IMG/VR virus record: IMGVR_UViG_3300016476_001599
Coordinates: 1-64,000 of that record
From: a virus
Strand: one strand, 5' to 3'
Length of the DNA: 64,000 bases
In this document: positions 1 through 9,131 of the stretch, in pieces
Position numbering within the stretch: position 1 is the stretch's first letter
Layout of the letters: each line of letters starts with the position of its first letter
Program-made: the position numbers and the translations under genes
The notes under the pieces: model-generated
What the model saw: only the letters and a program-made list of their open reading frames with translations
The model's database searches: none
What the model was told of the DNA's origin: nothing

Positions 1-1
1 C

Positions 2-544
2 AAGTACGACCCTAAAAGATCCAGGCTGCGGTCGCACATCGTTACAAATATGCAGGGACTCAGGCGAATATCTCGCCAACAAAACCAGATTGTAAACGCT
101 CCCGAGCGTATTGTGCTTGAAAACCAAAAGCTTCGGTCGGCTACGCAAGAGCTTGCCGACGAGTTGGGGCGGGAACCAACGGATGCGGAGCTTTCCGACT
201 TCATGCGGGTTTCGATTCCGCGTATCGCCAAGATAAGGAAGTACCAGCCGGGATTCAGCACGGGTCAAGCCGAAAGTCCGGAATCAAATTTTGAAAGCAT
301 GGCCAGCAAGCTTCCTGGCGACACCGGTGCCTCAGACCTCTGGCTACAGGTGGTGCATCAAGATTTGGATCCGATTGACCAGCAAATTTTAGAAATGACT
401 CTTGGCATGAATAACAGGCGTAAGTTTTCCAACCTAGAGATTGCAAAAGCGCTGAACCGAACGCCAGCTGCCATTACGCAGCGTAAAGAAAAAATCCAAC
501 GGCTTTTAGACCAAGAACAAGCTCTTTCACCTTTTATCTCGTAA
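2..544 (+). CDS. Sigma-70-family RNA polymerase sigma factor (5'-truncated by window)
   Basis: Frame open from window start (KYDPKRSRLRSH, region 2.3-like); region 3 motif ELADELGREPTDAELS; region 4 HTH FSNLEIAKALNRTPAAITQR. Confidence 0.8.
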   Translation, partial: KYDPKRSRLRSHIVTNMQGLRRISRQQNQIVNAPERIVLENQKLRSATQELADELGREPTDAELSDFMRVSIPRIAKIRKYQPGFSTGQAESPESNFESMASKLPGDTGASDLWLQVVHQDLDPIDQQILEMTLGMNNRRKFSNLEIAKALNRTPAAITQRKEKIQRLLDQEQALSPFIS

Positions 545-548
545 CAGC

Positions 549-1013
549 ATGGCACAACAAAGTCTTATCGACCCGAACTTGAGCAAGGTCTTGGTTCAGC
601 TCGCAAATCTTAAAAAGAAAGCCGCGCAAGCTCGGCGACAGAACAAGCCTGTGGGCTGGTTACGGCCTGCCGTGGACATCGCGAACATTGACATCACTAC
701 GCTGAACGGCTTAAAAGGCCTCAGGGCCGTTTTCAACACAGACAAAGCGGAAGAAGCGTTAATAAAGGCGGCTACGCCCGGTAGTATCGGCAATTCATCG
801 GATATGATCGTTTTACCTTCCCAAATAGATTACATGCAGCAGTTGGAACGGGCATACCGTGCCCGGTACCAGACTTTTCCTCGAGCGGTTGCGCACTTGG
901 CGGGAAGAGAGCTCGGCCACGGTAGTGACAACGGCGTCATCGCGGGGCTGCCTATCCGTTACTTTACCGACTTGATTTCCCAGGGTGCGACAGGCGACGG
1001 AGGTGCCGTATAA
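549..1013 (+). CDS. Hypothetical protein
   Basis: 154-aa ORF, stop overlaps next start. Confidence 0.6.
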   Translation: MAQQSLIDPNLSKVLVQLANLKKKAAQARRQNKPVGWLRPAVDIANIDITTLNGLKGLRAVFNTDKAEEALIKAATPGSIGNSSDMIVLPSQIDYMQQLERAYRARYQTFPRAVAHLAGRELGHGSDNGVIAGLPIRYFTDLISQGATGDGGAV

Positions 1014-1501
1014 TGTATTTTTCTGGAAGTGTTCAAAAATACAGAGGGAAAACGGTCGATTTTCTCATGTACGACGGGGCGAAACCTTCTGGTGACACGC
1101 AAGTCTTACCTGCGCTTGTGCAGGAAGGTCAAAGCGGGGCGTTGATAGCTGGACCGGCTAAGTTAGCTCAACGATTTTTACTCGAGCTGCTCACGGATAA
1201 GGGTTCGCTGCAGTACGACATTAATCGCGGCACTTTTTTCATGACGCAGATCCGAAGCGGGTTGGCCCGAACTTCTGCTGACCTGTTTCAGATTTTCGCC
1301 GCTAGCGAGTTGGACTTGCGAAACAATTTACGCCTAGAAGACAGCATCTCTTTTCCAGACGACGAGCGGTATGCTTCTTCGGAGCTGTTGGATGCCTCTT
1401 TCGTAGGGGACGCGATTTACCTTAGAATACAGCTCAACAGCGTGGCTGGCGAGTCGCGAGAAGTCCTATTTCCATTACGAATCCCAGCGGTGCAGCTATG
1501 A
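1013..1501 (+). CDS. Putative baseplate wedge protein (gp25-like)
   Basis: KLAQRFLLELLTDKGS...RGTFF motif; directly upstream of baseplate J-like gene. Confidence 0.5.
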   Translation: MYFSGSVQKYRGKTVDFLMYDGAKPSGDTQVLPALVQEGQSGALIAGPAKLAQRFLLELLTDKGSLQYDINRGTFFMTQIRSGLARTSADLFQIFAASELDLRNNLRLEDSISFPDDERYASSELLDASFVGDAIYLRIQLNSVAGESREVLFPLRIPAVQL

Positions 1502-3165
1502 CCCTGACCTATTCCGACTTTGAAATCTCCGATCTTTCGCAATTAGATGCAGCCGATGTTCAACAGACGCTGTTGCGGACTATTGCGCAGCTGCAAGCGT
1601 TAAATCCAACGTTGGATTTACGCCGAGGGGCTTTCCGCGACACCATCGCTTACTTGCAGTCCGTCTTGGGTACTGCCGCTCGCGTAAACTTGGAGAGGTA
1701 CCAGTCTGCAAGGAGTCTACAACGCATTCAAGAGGATCCAACGCTCGCCGACGAAACTGTGGTCAGCGAAGTGCTTTCCAACTGGGGTATTGTGCGAAAA
1801 ACCGGCACCAAGGCAATCGGGCCGGTCACGATCGAACTTTCAGCACTTCGACCATTAACGATACCTCAAAACAGTGTGTTCGAAGCTAACGGATTTCAAT
1901 ATTTAGCCACGGCGACTTTCATCGGAAGAATATCGGCGGCTCAAATACTGGGGAGCAACGATCGTCTGCTGGTCCCACTTAGCAACGGCAACTACGCTTT
2001 CACGATTGAGGTAGAAGCTGTGGATATCGGCGCCGACAGAAAGCTGAATGCGGGCGACTTGATAGTTCCTAACCGTGCGGTCGTTAACTACGTCACAAGC
2101 TACGCCACGTCTTCGTTTGAAGACGGAACCAACACTGAGACAAACGAAGAGCTTATTAACGAGTTGCAGTTAGGTGTCGCCGCAAAAACGCTCTCGAACC
2201 GTACGAACATGCGTGCGTACCTACGAAGTCTTCCACAGTTTGAGTCGATCACAAACCAGTCCATCGTCGGTTGCGGGGATCCCGAAATGTTGCGGGACAA
2301 ACACACTATCTTCCCGACGCTTACCGGCGGCAGGGTAGACTGGTACATACGCGGGCAATCTGCGTTGCAACGAAAAACGATTGCAGTCGTGGCCACCTGT
2401 ATGTCGGTATCAACGCTTACAGGGACAAGTGAGTGGCAGTTTGCCGTTCCGTCGGCAACTCTTCCTGGATTTTACGAGGTGGACAAGATACGCAAGGCAA
2501 CCGACTCTGCTGTCGTGTCAGGCTTTGGCATCGTATCGGACACTCGTTATACCGCGTTACCTGCAAGCGGTTTCTCCCCGGACATCGCAACAGCGGAGGA
2601 GAGCGCGTATTCCGCTTTTCAATCTGCAATCATCCGTTTCACGGATACAGTCACCTCGGTTGCAGATTTAGCCGTCGGTCAGACCGCAGAGTACGTTTAC
2701 GAGATAACTGGCACGCCGCATATTCGCGAACTGCAAGATCTTGTTTCAAGCCGAGATGTCCGGCATTACGGCGCCGATGCCTTGATCAAAGCACCTGTCC
2801 CGTGCTTTGTCAGCGTTACTCTTACGATAAACAAGGCTGCTGACGATGTTTCCCCGTCGCTGGAGCCTATTCGATCTGCTATTGTGACGGCGATTAACTC
2901 CGTCGACTTCCAAGGTGTGCTACCTGGCTCTTTGATCGTGGATACCGTGCACAACTACCTGCAAGGCCGATTGAACGTCACGGAACTGGATCTTTTGGGT
3001 CGAATCCGCATGCCGGACGGTACCGTCAAGTATTTACGCAGCGATGACGCCTTGATAATACCGGAACTTCCTGGAAAAATGGTAACTTCCAAGACAGTTC
3101 AGTTTTTTGCTGAAGCGATAGACGTAAACTTGAACGTAAGCTCCTCAATACCGGTTGCAGCCTAA
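1498..3165 (+). CDS. Baseplate J/gp6-like wedge protein
   Basis: NWGIVRKTGTKAIG, VEAVDIG, GTNTETNEEL, GGRVDWYI motifs typical of baseplate J family. Confidence 0.75.
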   Translation: MTLTYSDFEISDLSQLDAADVQQTLLRTIAQLQALNPTLDLRRGAFRDTIAYLQSVLGTAARVNLERYQSARSLQRIQEDPTLADETVVSEVLSNWGIVRKTGTKAIGPVTIELSALRPLTIPQNSVFEANGFQYLATATFIGRISAAQILGSNDRLLVPLSNGNYAFTIEVEAVDIGADRKLNAGDLIVPNRAVVNYVTSYATSSFEDGTNTETNEELINELQLGVAAKTLSNRTNMRAYLRSLPQFESITNQSIVGCGDPEMLRDKHTIFPTLTGGRVDWYIRGQSALQRKTIAVVATCMSVSTLTGTSEWQFAVPSATLPGFYEVDKIRKATDSAVVSGFGIVSDTRYTALPASGFSPDIATAEESAYSAFQSAIIRFTDTVTSVADLAVGQTAEYVYEITGTPHIRELQDLVSSRDVRHYGADALIKAPVPCFVSVTLTINKAADDVSPSLEPIRSAIVTAINSVDFQGVLPGSLIVDTVHNYLQGRLNVTELDLLGRIRMPDGTVKYLRSDDALIIPELPGKMVTSKTVQFFAEAIDVNLNVSSSIPVAA

Positions 3166-3166
3166 A

Positions 3167-4090
3167 ATGCCAAAGAAAGTCAGCGGTAAGTCGGAAGTCG
3201 TCAGAATTTTAACGAAATCCGACATGGCGACGTCAAAAACGCGACAAAACAAGCAAGCTATCACGTTTGCCACTGATTACCTGGTTTTTTTCGGCTATTT
3301 GACCGTCGAACTGCTGAAAAGCGTGAGTATGGACGATATTCACGCCGGAATTAAGGTTTTTCAGCGATATTTTGGCATAAAAGCAGACGGAATGCTCACC
3401 GAGGAGACACTTCGTGCCATGCAGGTTCCTCGCTGCGGCTGTCCGGACAAGTTAGACAAATCCAATGGAAAGCATGTGGAATTCTTGCGTGCCGCCGAAG
3501 TTGCAGCTGAAAGACGTGATCGATGGAACAAAACAGGTTTGACTTACTTTGTTGCAGACTACGTTGGAGGCAAAATACCTAAATCCGAGCAACGCCGCAT
3601 TTTCCAGGAAGCTTTCAAGGCTTGGGACGACGTGTGCGGTTTGGATATTTCTGAAAGTAAGGACGTTGAAACCACGGACATCGTAATCACCACAGGGAAA
3701 GGTCTTCAACATCAGTTTGACGGAAAAGGTGGGACGCTTGCTTGGGCTTACATGCCTAGGGGTGACAACGAAAAACTGCTGATGCGTTTCGACTTGGAAG
3801 AAACCTGGGTGGCAAACAAAGGCGAGCGGGGTATACTGTTGTCTAACGTTGCATGTCACGAGTTCGGCCATCTTCTAGGTTTACTTCACTCGGAGAAGAA
3901 TCAAGCCTTAATGGCACCGTATTACAACCCGTTCGTCGGAACGCCCCAGCCGATCGACGATGTATCTCGAATACAGAAGCTTTACGGACCTAACAGAAAT
4001 CCGGAAAAGCTTAGGTCAAACATCGTTCAAACCAAAAATACCATCGAGGTAAAGTTACAACCGGGTCAGAAGTTAATCGTTACCAATTGA
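3167..4090 (+). CDS. Matrixin (M10A, MMP-like) zinc metalloprotease with PG-binding-like prodomain
   Basis: FQRYFGIKADG prodomain, PRCGCPD cysteine switch, FDGKGGTLAWAY, HEFGHLLGLLHS zinc motif, ALMAP Met-turn. Confidence 0.9.
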   Translation: MPKKVSGKSEVVRILTKSDMATSKTRQNKQAITFATDYLVFFGYLTVELLKSVSMDDIHAGIKVFQRYFGIKADGMLTEETLRAMQVPRCGCPDKLDKSNGKHVEFLRAAEVAAERRDRWNKTGLTYFVADYVGGKIPKSEQRRIFQEAFKAWDDVCGLDISESKDVETTDIVITTGKGLQHQFDGKGGTLAWAYMPRGDNEKLLMRFDLEETWVANKGERGILLSNVACHEFGHLLGLLHSEKNQALMAPYYNPFVGTPQPIDDVSRIQKLYGPNRNPEKLRSNIVQTKNTIEVKLQPGQKLIVTN

Positions 4091-4100
4091 AAGGAAGTTT

Positions 4101-4442
4101 ATGCTTGCTGAACTTACGCTGGATTTAGAGACGCTGGTCAACACTGTAAAGGCTGTCGCAGCTGTCGGTCTTTTAGGTACCGCAGCTTTTTTCAGCTACC
4201 GGCATTTTGCGCCTAAGCGCAAAGTAGGTGCAATCTCGTTTCGTGAAGAATACAAACGGAAGGACTCCGGTCGCAGCAGCGATGCGCCGCCTCCGGTAGG
4301 TTTTGCGGAACATTTGCAGATCATAGAAAACACGGCTCCAAATGCGGGGCCGGAAGTTTGGTGGAGCTACGCAAAGGGCGAGCTTACCGAAGCCGAAGTC
4401 GCGATAGCCGAGGCCAAGCTGGCCACACACAACAAACAATAA
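4101..4442 (+). CDS. Small membrane-anchored protein
   Basis: RBS aagga; N-terminal hydrophobic segment VAAVGLLGTAAFF. Confidence 0.6.
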   Translation: MLAELTLDLETLVNTVKAVAAVGLLGTAAFFSYRHFAPKRKVGAISFREEYKRKDSGRSSDAPPPVGFAEHLQIIENTAPNAGPEVWWSYAKGELTEAEVAIAEAKLATHNKQ

Positions 4443-4453
4443 GGGCAATCTTG

Positions 4454-4840
4454 ATGAATACTGCACGGATCGCAGGCGAAGAAAACACACCCAGCTTCCC
4501 GTGGGCCATTTTGGTTTGCGGCTTGCTGGGTGTTTTGTTATTGGTTCCAACCAGTTGGTTTTCGTCAAGCCAAAAAACGCTAAATGCGGATTTAGCGAGT
4601 GAAGCTTTCGAAACCTACGAAAGGCTTTGGCGAATTCACCAAGGCAAAACTGCCGATAGGTTAAGCACAGGCGAACTGCAAACCGAGCAAGAAGTCTGGG
4701 AGTTTCAAGCCGCCGGCCAAGAACCTGCCCGCAAGCTTGCTTTTGAAAAACTGGCTCGGGCTGAGGCCGACTATTTTAAAAGCAAAGGCGGCTGGTCCAA
4801 AGAATCGCACGAGTCACTACTACGGAGCTACGCAAAATAA
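4454..4840 (+). CDS. Membrane-anchored protein
   Basis: ATG at 4454; TM segment WAILVCGLLGVLLLV. Confidence 0.6.
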   Translation: MNTARIAGEENTPSFPWAILVCGLLGVLLLVPTSWFSSSQKTLNADLASEAFETYERLWRIHQGKTADRLSTGELQTEQEVWEFQAAGQEPARKLAFEKLARAEADYFKSKGGWSKESHESLLRSYAK

Positions 4841-5772
4841 TGATTTTTACGAGTTACAATTTTGAGCGAGAAGATCGAAAGTACTTAAAGTCGCTACCGG
4901 TTTTACCGATGCAAAGCAGCGTGTGGCGGGCTTTCAAACGGCCTTCCGAAGTGACTATCGACTGGCACCGCGACGAAAATCAGTTTCAGATCGGAAGTTG
5001 CCAAGGCAACGCGCTTTCATCGGTGCTAGAACGCTGCGCTTTCGTGGCCGGAAAGAAGGTGCAGCTCTCAAGGATATTTGCGTATTTGGCAACGCAAAAA
5101 ATTGACGGGCTTCTTGGATCTGACAACGGTTCAACCGTTTCCGGCGGGGTTAAGCTGGCACTAGAAACCGGATGCCCACTAGAGAGCCTAACTGGTTACC
5201 CTCGGTCTTATCCTGGCCGAGCTGAACGCAACGAAATTTTGAGTGACGCAAACTACAAGGCAGGCGCCGAGTACAAGGCAAAATCAGCATGGCAGGTGTC
5301 CCCTGACCACGACGAACTGCTGGACTTTATCGGCGGTGGCGGCGCTATTAACTTTGGTATTCGTTACGGCAGCTCAACGATACCTTCCGACCGCGTGATT
5401 CGCCGTTTCGTGCCGGGCAGAGGTGGTCACGCCATGTGTATCTTAGGCTACACCCGTGACGGCGACCTTCGTGCAATGAACTCGCACGGAGACGGTCAAT
5501 ATTTGATTACGCCGGGTGCCTGGAAGTCCATGCTTGCTGACAGCTGGACTACTGCGATCGGCCTTATGGGATCCAAGGAGCCTGTGCCTGTAGATTGGTA
5601 CAGTAATTCGCCATACTTCAAGCTGACGGAAAAGCCTGACGAAGTCGAAGCGGAAGAAGAGCGATCGCATCTGCTCGAGTTACTCCATGAAGCCGAAGCT
5701 GAAAGGCAAGAAGAACCGACGAACGAGGCAGATGACTACGAGGAGTTTGATGATGAAGAAATCGGTAGCTAG
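4840..5772 (+). CDS. Papain-like cysteine protease (C1A)
   Basis: QFQIGSCQGNA (oxyanion Q, catalytic C), GGHAMCILGY (H), MNSHG (N); acidic tail. Confidence 0.85.
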   Translation: MIFTSYNFEREDRKYLKSLPVLPMQSSVWRAFKRPSEVTIDWHRDENQFQIGSCQGNALSSVLERCAFVAGKKVQLSRIFAYLATQKIDGLLGSDNGSTVSGGVKLALETGCPLESLTGYPRSYPGRAERNEILSDANYKAGAEYKAKSAWQVSPDHDELLDFIGGGGAINFGIRYGSSTIPSDRVIRRFVPGRGGHAMCILGYTRDGDLRAMNSHGDGQYLITPGAWKSMLADSWTTAIGLMGSKEPVPVDWYSNSPYFKLTEKPDEVEAEEERSHLLELLHEAEAERQEEPTNEADDYEEFDDEEIGS

Positions 5773-6358
5773 TTTTTTTACCGCCGCTTTACTGTTTTTG
5801 ACAGGGTGCTCGCCTTCAACGCAACCGTTGAAAGACGATCTCGTTGACCGTTTCAATGCTGCGGTCACGGAATCCATCCAGCAGTCGCACAGTGAGACAA
5901 TGTCGGAGTTGCAAAGTTACCGTTCGACACTGGAACGTATCGAACAAGCCGTAAACGATCTTCAAGCGAAGTCGAAAGAGCCGCAAGCGAATGCAGTGCT
6001 TGCAAAACCTGTGCAAGCGACTAACGTACGCGTTGACGCTCCGACGTTTGCAAACGAGAGCGTAACACGCATGCCGGGCTCAAACTGGAACGTAGAAGGC
6101 GACTGGAACTACACACTCGTCGAGCTTGCAGATCACCTTAGGCAAGTTCACGGTTTGAACGTAGACGGAAAAACTATGACCGAGCTGCAAGCCATGCACG
6201 ATAATTTGCATAACGGCTACTCGGCTTACGGCTCGCAAGCGCGATCCTTGAACGTCGCTCCTGCGACTCAATACTACGCAACGAACCGAGCCACGACAGT
6301 TTTTCGAAGAAATCGTACCTACAGCACATGCCCGCAAGGGCAACCGTGTCCCCAATAA
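5750..6358 (+). CDS. Lipoprotein with coiled coil
   Basis: RBS aggag at 5741; MMKK + hydrophobic + LTGC lipobox; coiled coil; C-terminal CPQGQPCP. Confidence 0.7.
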   Translation: MMKKSVASFFTAALLFLTGCSPSTQPLKDDLVDRFNAAVTESIQQSHSETMSELQSYRSTLERIEQAVNDLQAKSKEPQANAVLAKPVQATNVRVDAPTFANESVTRMPGSNWNVEGDWNYTLVELADHLRQVHGLNVDGKTMTELQAMHDNLHNGYSAYGSQARSLNVAPATQYYATNRATTVFRRNRTYSTCPQGQPCPQ

Positions 6359-6645
6359 TGCTAAACTACCCGATCGGCATACCTGAGAAGCTGCATTCCA
6401 CCCTGTCGCAATTGTTGCAAACAGGGTGCGTAGATTTCAACGGCGGTACGGCGGATTTTTCCGGTCTGCAGGAAGTAACTTTGCGGGCAGGGGTCCTTCG
6501 CTTCAATCCTCCCGTGAAGGTGCGAGTGAAAGTCGGCCCGATAATGGTAAAGACGACGATCTCCAGTGTAAAAAACGTCGGAGGCGGCCTTAAGGTCGAA
6601 ATCGATAACTCGCCCATCGACGTGCTTTTGAAAGCAGAGGATTAG
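6358..6645 (+). CDS. Hypothetical protein
   Basis: Stop/start overlap with upstream gene. Confidence 0.55.
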   Translation: MLNYPIGIPEKLHSTLSQLLQTGCVDFNGGTADFSGLQEVTLRAGVLRFNPPVKVRVKVGPIMVKTTISSVKNVGGGLKVEIDNSPIDVLLKAED

Positions 6646-6646
6646 T

Positions 6647-7000
6647 ATGGACTGGGAAAAGACGACGGCGGCGTTCTATGCTTTGCGTAACCTTGATGAT
6701 TTAACCTACATGCAAGCCGTAGGCAAAAATCGTAGACGAGAAATACTTCGCATTGAAAAAGAGAGGGCAGACGTTCGCAGGGCAATGGACGCGGTCAAAC
6801 AAGCCTGGGAGGAAAACCCAAAAGCTAATCGCGATCAACTTGAAAAGAAAGCCTACAAGTTCATCACGGGCGGCGTCATTTTAACGCTATTACTGCAAGT
6901 TCTGCTGTCGGCTACAATGAAGCTTGCTATCGATTACTTTCTAGACAAGCTATTCCAAGAAAAAGCCGATGCCGCAACTTTACAAGTATCCTCAGAATGA
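6647..7000 (+). CDS. Small protein with C-terminal TM segment
   Basis: RBS gagga; GGVILTLLLQVLL hydrophobic segment. Confidence 0.55.
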   Translation: MDWEKTTAAFYALRNLDDLTYMQAVGKNRRREILRIEKERADVRRAMDAVKQAWEENPKANRDQLEKKAYKFITGGVILTLLLQVLLSATMKLAIDYFLDKLFQEKADAATLQVSSE

Positions 7001-8528
7001 CTTCGATAGACCTAGCTCGCTGCTGGGCGTACTAGGTAGCTTTTGGGCTTCGCTTTACCAAGGTAACGGCCTGGTTTCGGATATCAGTAATGTTGTCGGG
7101 CAGCTATACCAGCAAGTCAACACGCAATTCCTTGAGCTCGTAAACAGCGTTTCACGCAAAAACGTGCCTGTGTACCATCAAGACGATTGGTACGCCGTTC
7201 AGGTGAGACGCTCAGAGCTCAACACCGACACAAGTTTGCTTGCGCGTTATCTCGCGGGAACAGCCTACAAGTACAAAAGTCAAGCTGAGCTTTTCTACGG
7301 TCAAATACCGACTTCTAGTTATTACGCGGTCAGTAAGCCTCGCGAGCTTGTAGAGTGCTCCGTCGTATTTGAACAGGTAACGCGGCCTACGGTGCAGATG
7401 CTTAACGGCATCGACTTCTGGCTGGAAGAAGACACAGTTGTATTTGTCACTAACCCGTTCGACAATCCGAGCATCCCGAAGAAAGAGATATTGAACGCGG
7501 TTGGGGAGATCGTTGACACTGAAATTACTTTGTGGTTTTATCGCTCCAAGTGGGACTGGAATTACATTTACGACCAGTTCGGTTACGCTCTGAATTTGCC
7601 GATGCGATCCAGTGCAGGTTACAAGACTCTAGTGAACGCTGTACTTGAAAGCTTTAACGAAGGGACCAGCGCTCGTTCGCAGCAACAAGCTTTGGCCGCT
7701 GTCTTTGGCATACCGCTAGTGCTCGATGCAACGGAAGTTGTCGAAGCCATTGCAACTGACGCAACAGGTTTGAAAGTGATAACGAACTCGAACGTGTATG
7801 CGTATCCTTCTACGGCAACGCCTGTCGTTTCCGTCGGGCAGACGGTTTATGCGGGCCAGTCGCTTACTGACACGTTTGAAATCATTGAGCTTAATCGGGG
7901 ATTCGACGTTAATTGCGGCGTCGACAGTTTAACGATGGACACCAGTATGCTGGCGAAAGGATATCACGACGGCATCGTTTTTTCGAACGCAAACGTCCCG
8001 GTACAAACAGAACTCGATGTTGACGGCTATACCAAGGTCACCTGGGATTTGGGCGGCTTTCCGCGAGACGTTTCAAAGTTTTGGGAGGATGTACACGCAA
8101 ACGGTATAGCTAAGAACGAAACATTAGCGATGCTGCTGGATGTGCGAGAGAACCCTGTCGGCCAACCGACGGCTGCCTCTTTGCCTGCCGAAATCAACCC
8201 GCTGAAATTCCTGATAGACAACCTGCTCCGGTTCAACGTTTTCATCGTGAAAGTTAAACCTGGAAGCAAACTGCAGAATAGGCTAGAATTTGTGCCTGTG
8301 TCGCAGCTTCGAAAGGTGATGCCACCGCACACGTTGATGATCTTGCTGGTGGACTTAGTGTATGCCGACAACCCTATCAGCATGGAAGGTTACGGCACAC
8401 CGGAGTCGCCGGGGTACACTGAAAGCTTTGAAAACTTCCAGTGTTTAACCGTTTCCGAGTCGCTTGGATACGAAGCATACGTAACTGAAGAGTCAAAAAT
8501 AAAATCAATCAGTGGAAGGTGCGTTTAA
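6969..8528 (+). CDS. Putative baseplate/tail structural protein
   Basis: 519-aa ORF in structural operon; terminal RKVMPPHT resembles baseplate wedge PAH motif. Confidence 0.5.
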   Translation: MPQLYKYPQNDFDRPSSLLGVLGSFWASLYQGNGLVSDISNVVGQLYQQVNTQFLELVNSVSRKNVPVYHQDDWYAVQVRRSELNTDTSLLARYLAGTAYKYKSQAELFYGQIPTSSYYAVSKPRELVECSVVFEQVTRPTVQMLNGIDFWLEEDTVVFVTNPFDNPSIPKKEILNAVGEIVDTEITLWFYRSKWDWNYIYDQFGYALNLPMRSSAGYKTLVNAVLESFNEGTSARSQQQALAAVFGIPLVLDATEVVEAIATDATGLKVITNSNVYAYPSTATPVVSVGQTVYAGQSLTDTFEIIELNRGFDVNCGVDSLTMDTSMLAKGYHDGIVFSNANVPVQTELDVDGYTKVTWDLGGFPRDVSKFWEDVHANGIAKNETLAMLLDVRENPVGQPTAASLPAEINPLKFLIDNLLRFNVFIVKVKPGSKLQNRLEFVPVSQLRKVMPPHTLMILLVDLVYADNPISMEGYGTPESPGYTESFENFQCLTVSESLGYEAYVTEESKIKSISGRCV

Positions 8529-9121
8529 TGACTGCCAAGTTTTGTACGGGCGTGGCTGGACGAGTTCGAGCTTACACGGTTGAAGATTTAACGCTGCCTC
8601 CGTTTAAGTGGACTCCGACAACGGACTTTAAGCCTAACTTGATTCTTTACCAGTGGGCAACTATTGCAGCAAAGCTGTTGACGAGCGGAGATAGCCGGTA
8701 CCGGATTAGCGGCATGTACTTAGAGTTTGAAAACACGGACAATCCTGGCGACCCGGTAAGTCCGCCTACCTTCGATCGCACGCGAGATGTCAGCTACTAC
8801 AACGGTCTCTCGCTTAGCTCGAACCGCGACTATCTGCGTATTCCGGTCATCTCGGCGGAGCTCAGCTCGGACGGCGAAGGGCTTACGGATAATCGGATGT
8901 CCTATTTCGCAAGAAGCAGCGGCTCGGTCGGCGTGCACGGGAAACCTTTTTCTGCCGCAGCAAACTCGGTCGTGTTCGGTGGGAGCCTTGTGGCACTTGT
9001 TGACGCCACGGATTTTACGCAAGACTTGCTTTACAGCAGTTGGTATTACACCACGGCGGATCAGCAACAAAAATTGCCTTCCAGCCAGATCGGAATCGAA
9101 TGGCAAACCACTTTGAGCTAG
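8528..9121 (+). CDS. Putative tail/baseplate protein
   Basis: Coupled ORF in structural operon. Confidence 0.5.
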   Translation: MTAKFCTGVAGRVRAYTVEDLTLPPFKWTPTTDFKPNLILYQWATIAAKLLTSGDSRYRISGMYLEFENTDNPGDPVSPPTFDRTRDVSYYNGLSLSSNRDYLRIPVISAELSSDGEGLTDNRMSYFARSSGSVGVHGKPFSAAANSVVFGGSLVALVDATDFTQDLLYSSWYYTTADQQQKLPSSQIGIEWQTTLS

Positions 9122-9131
9122 GGAGCAGCAA

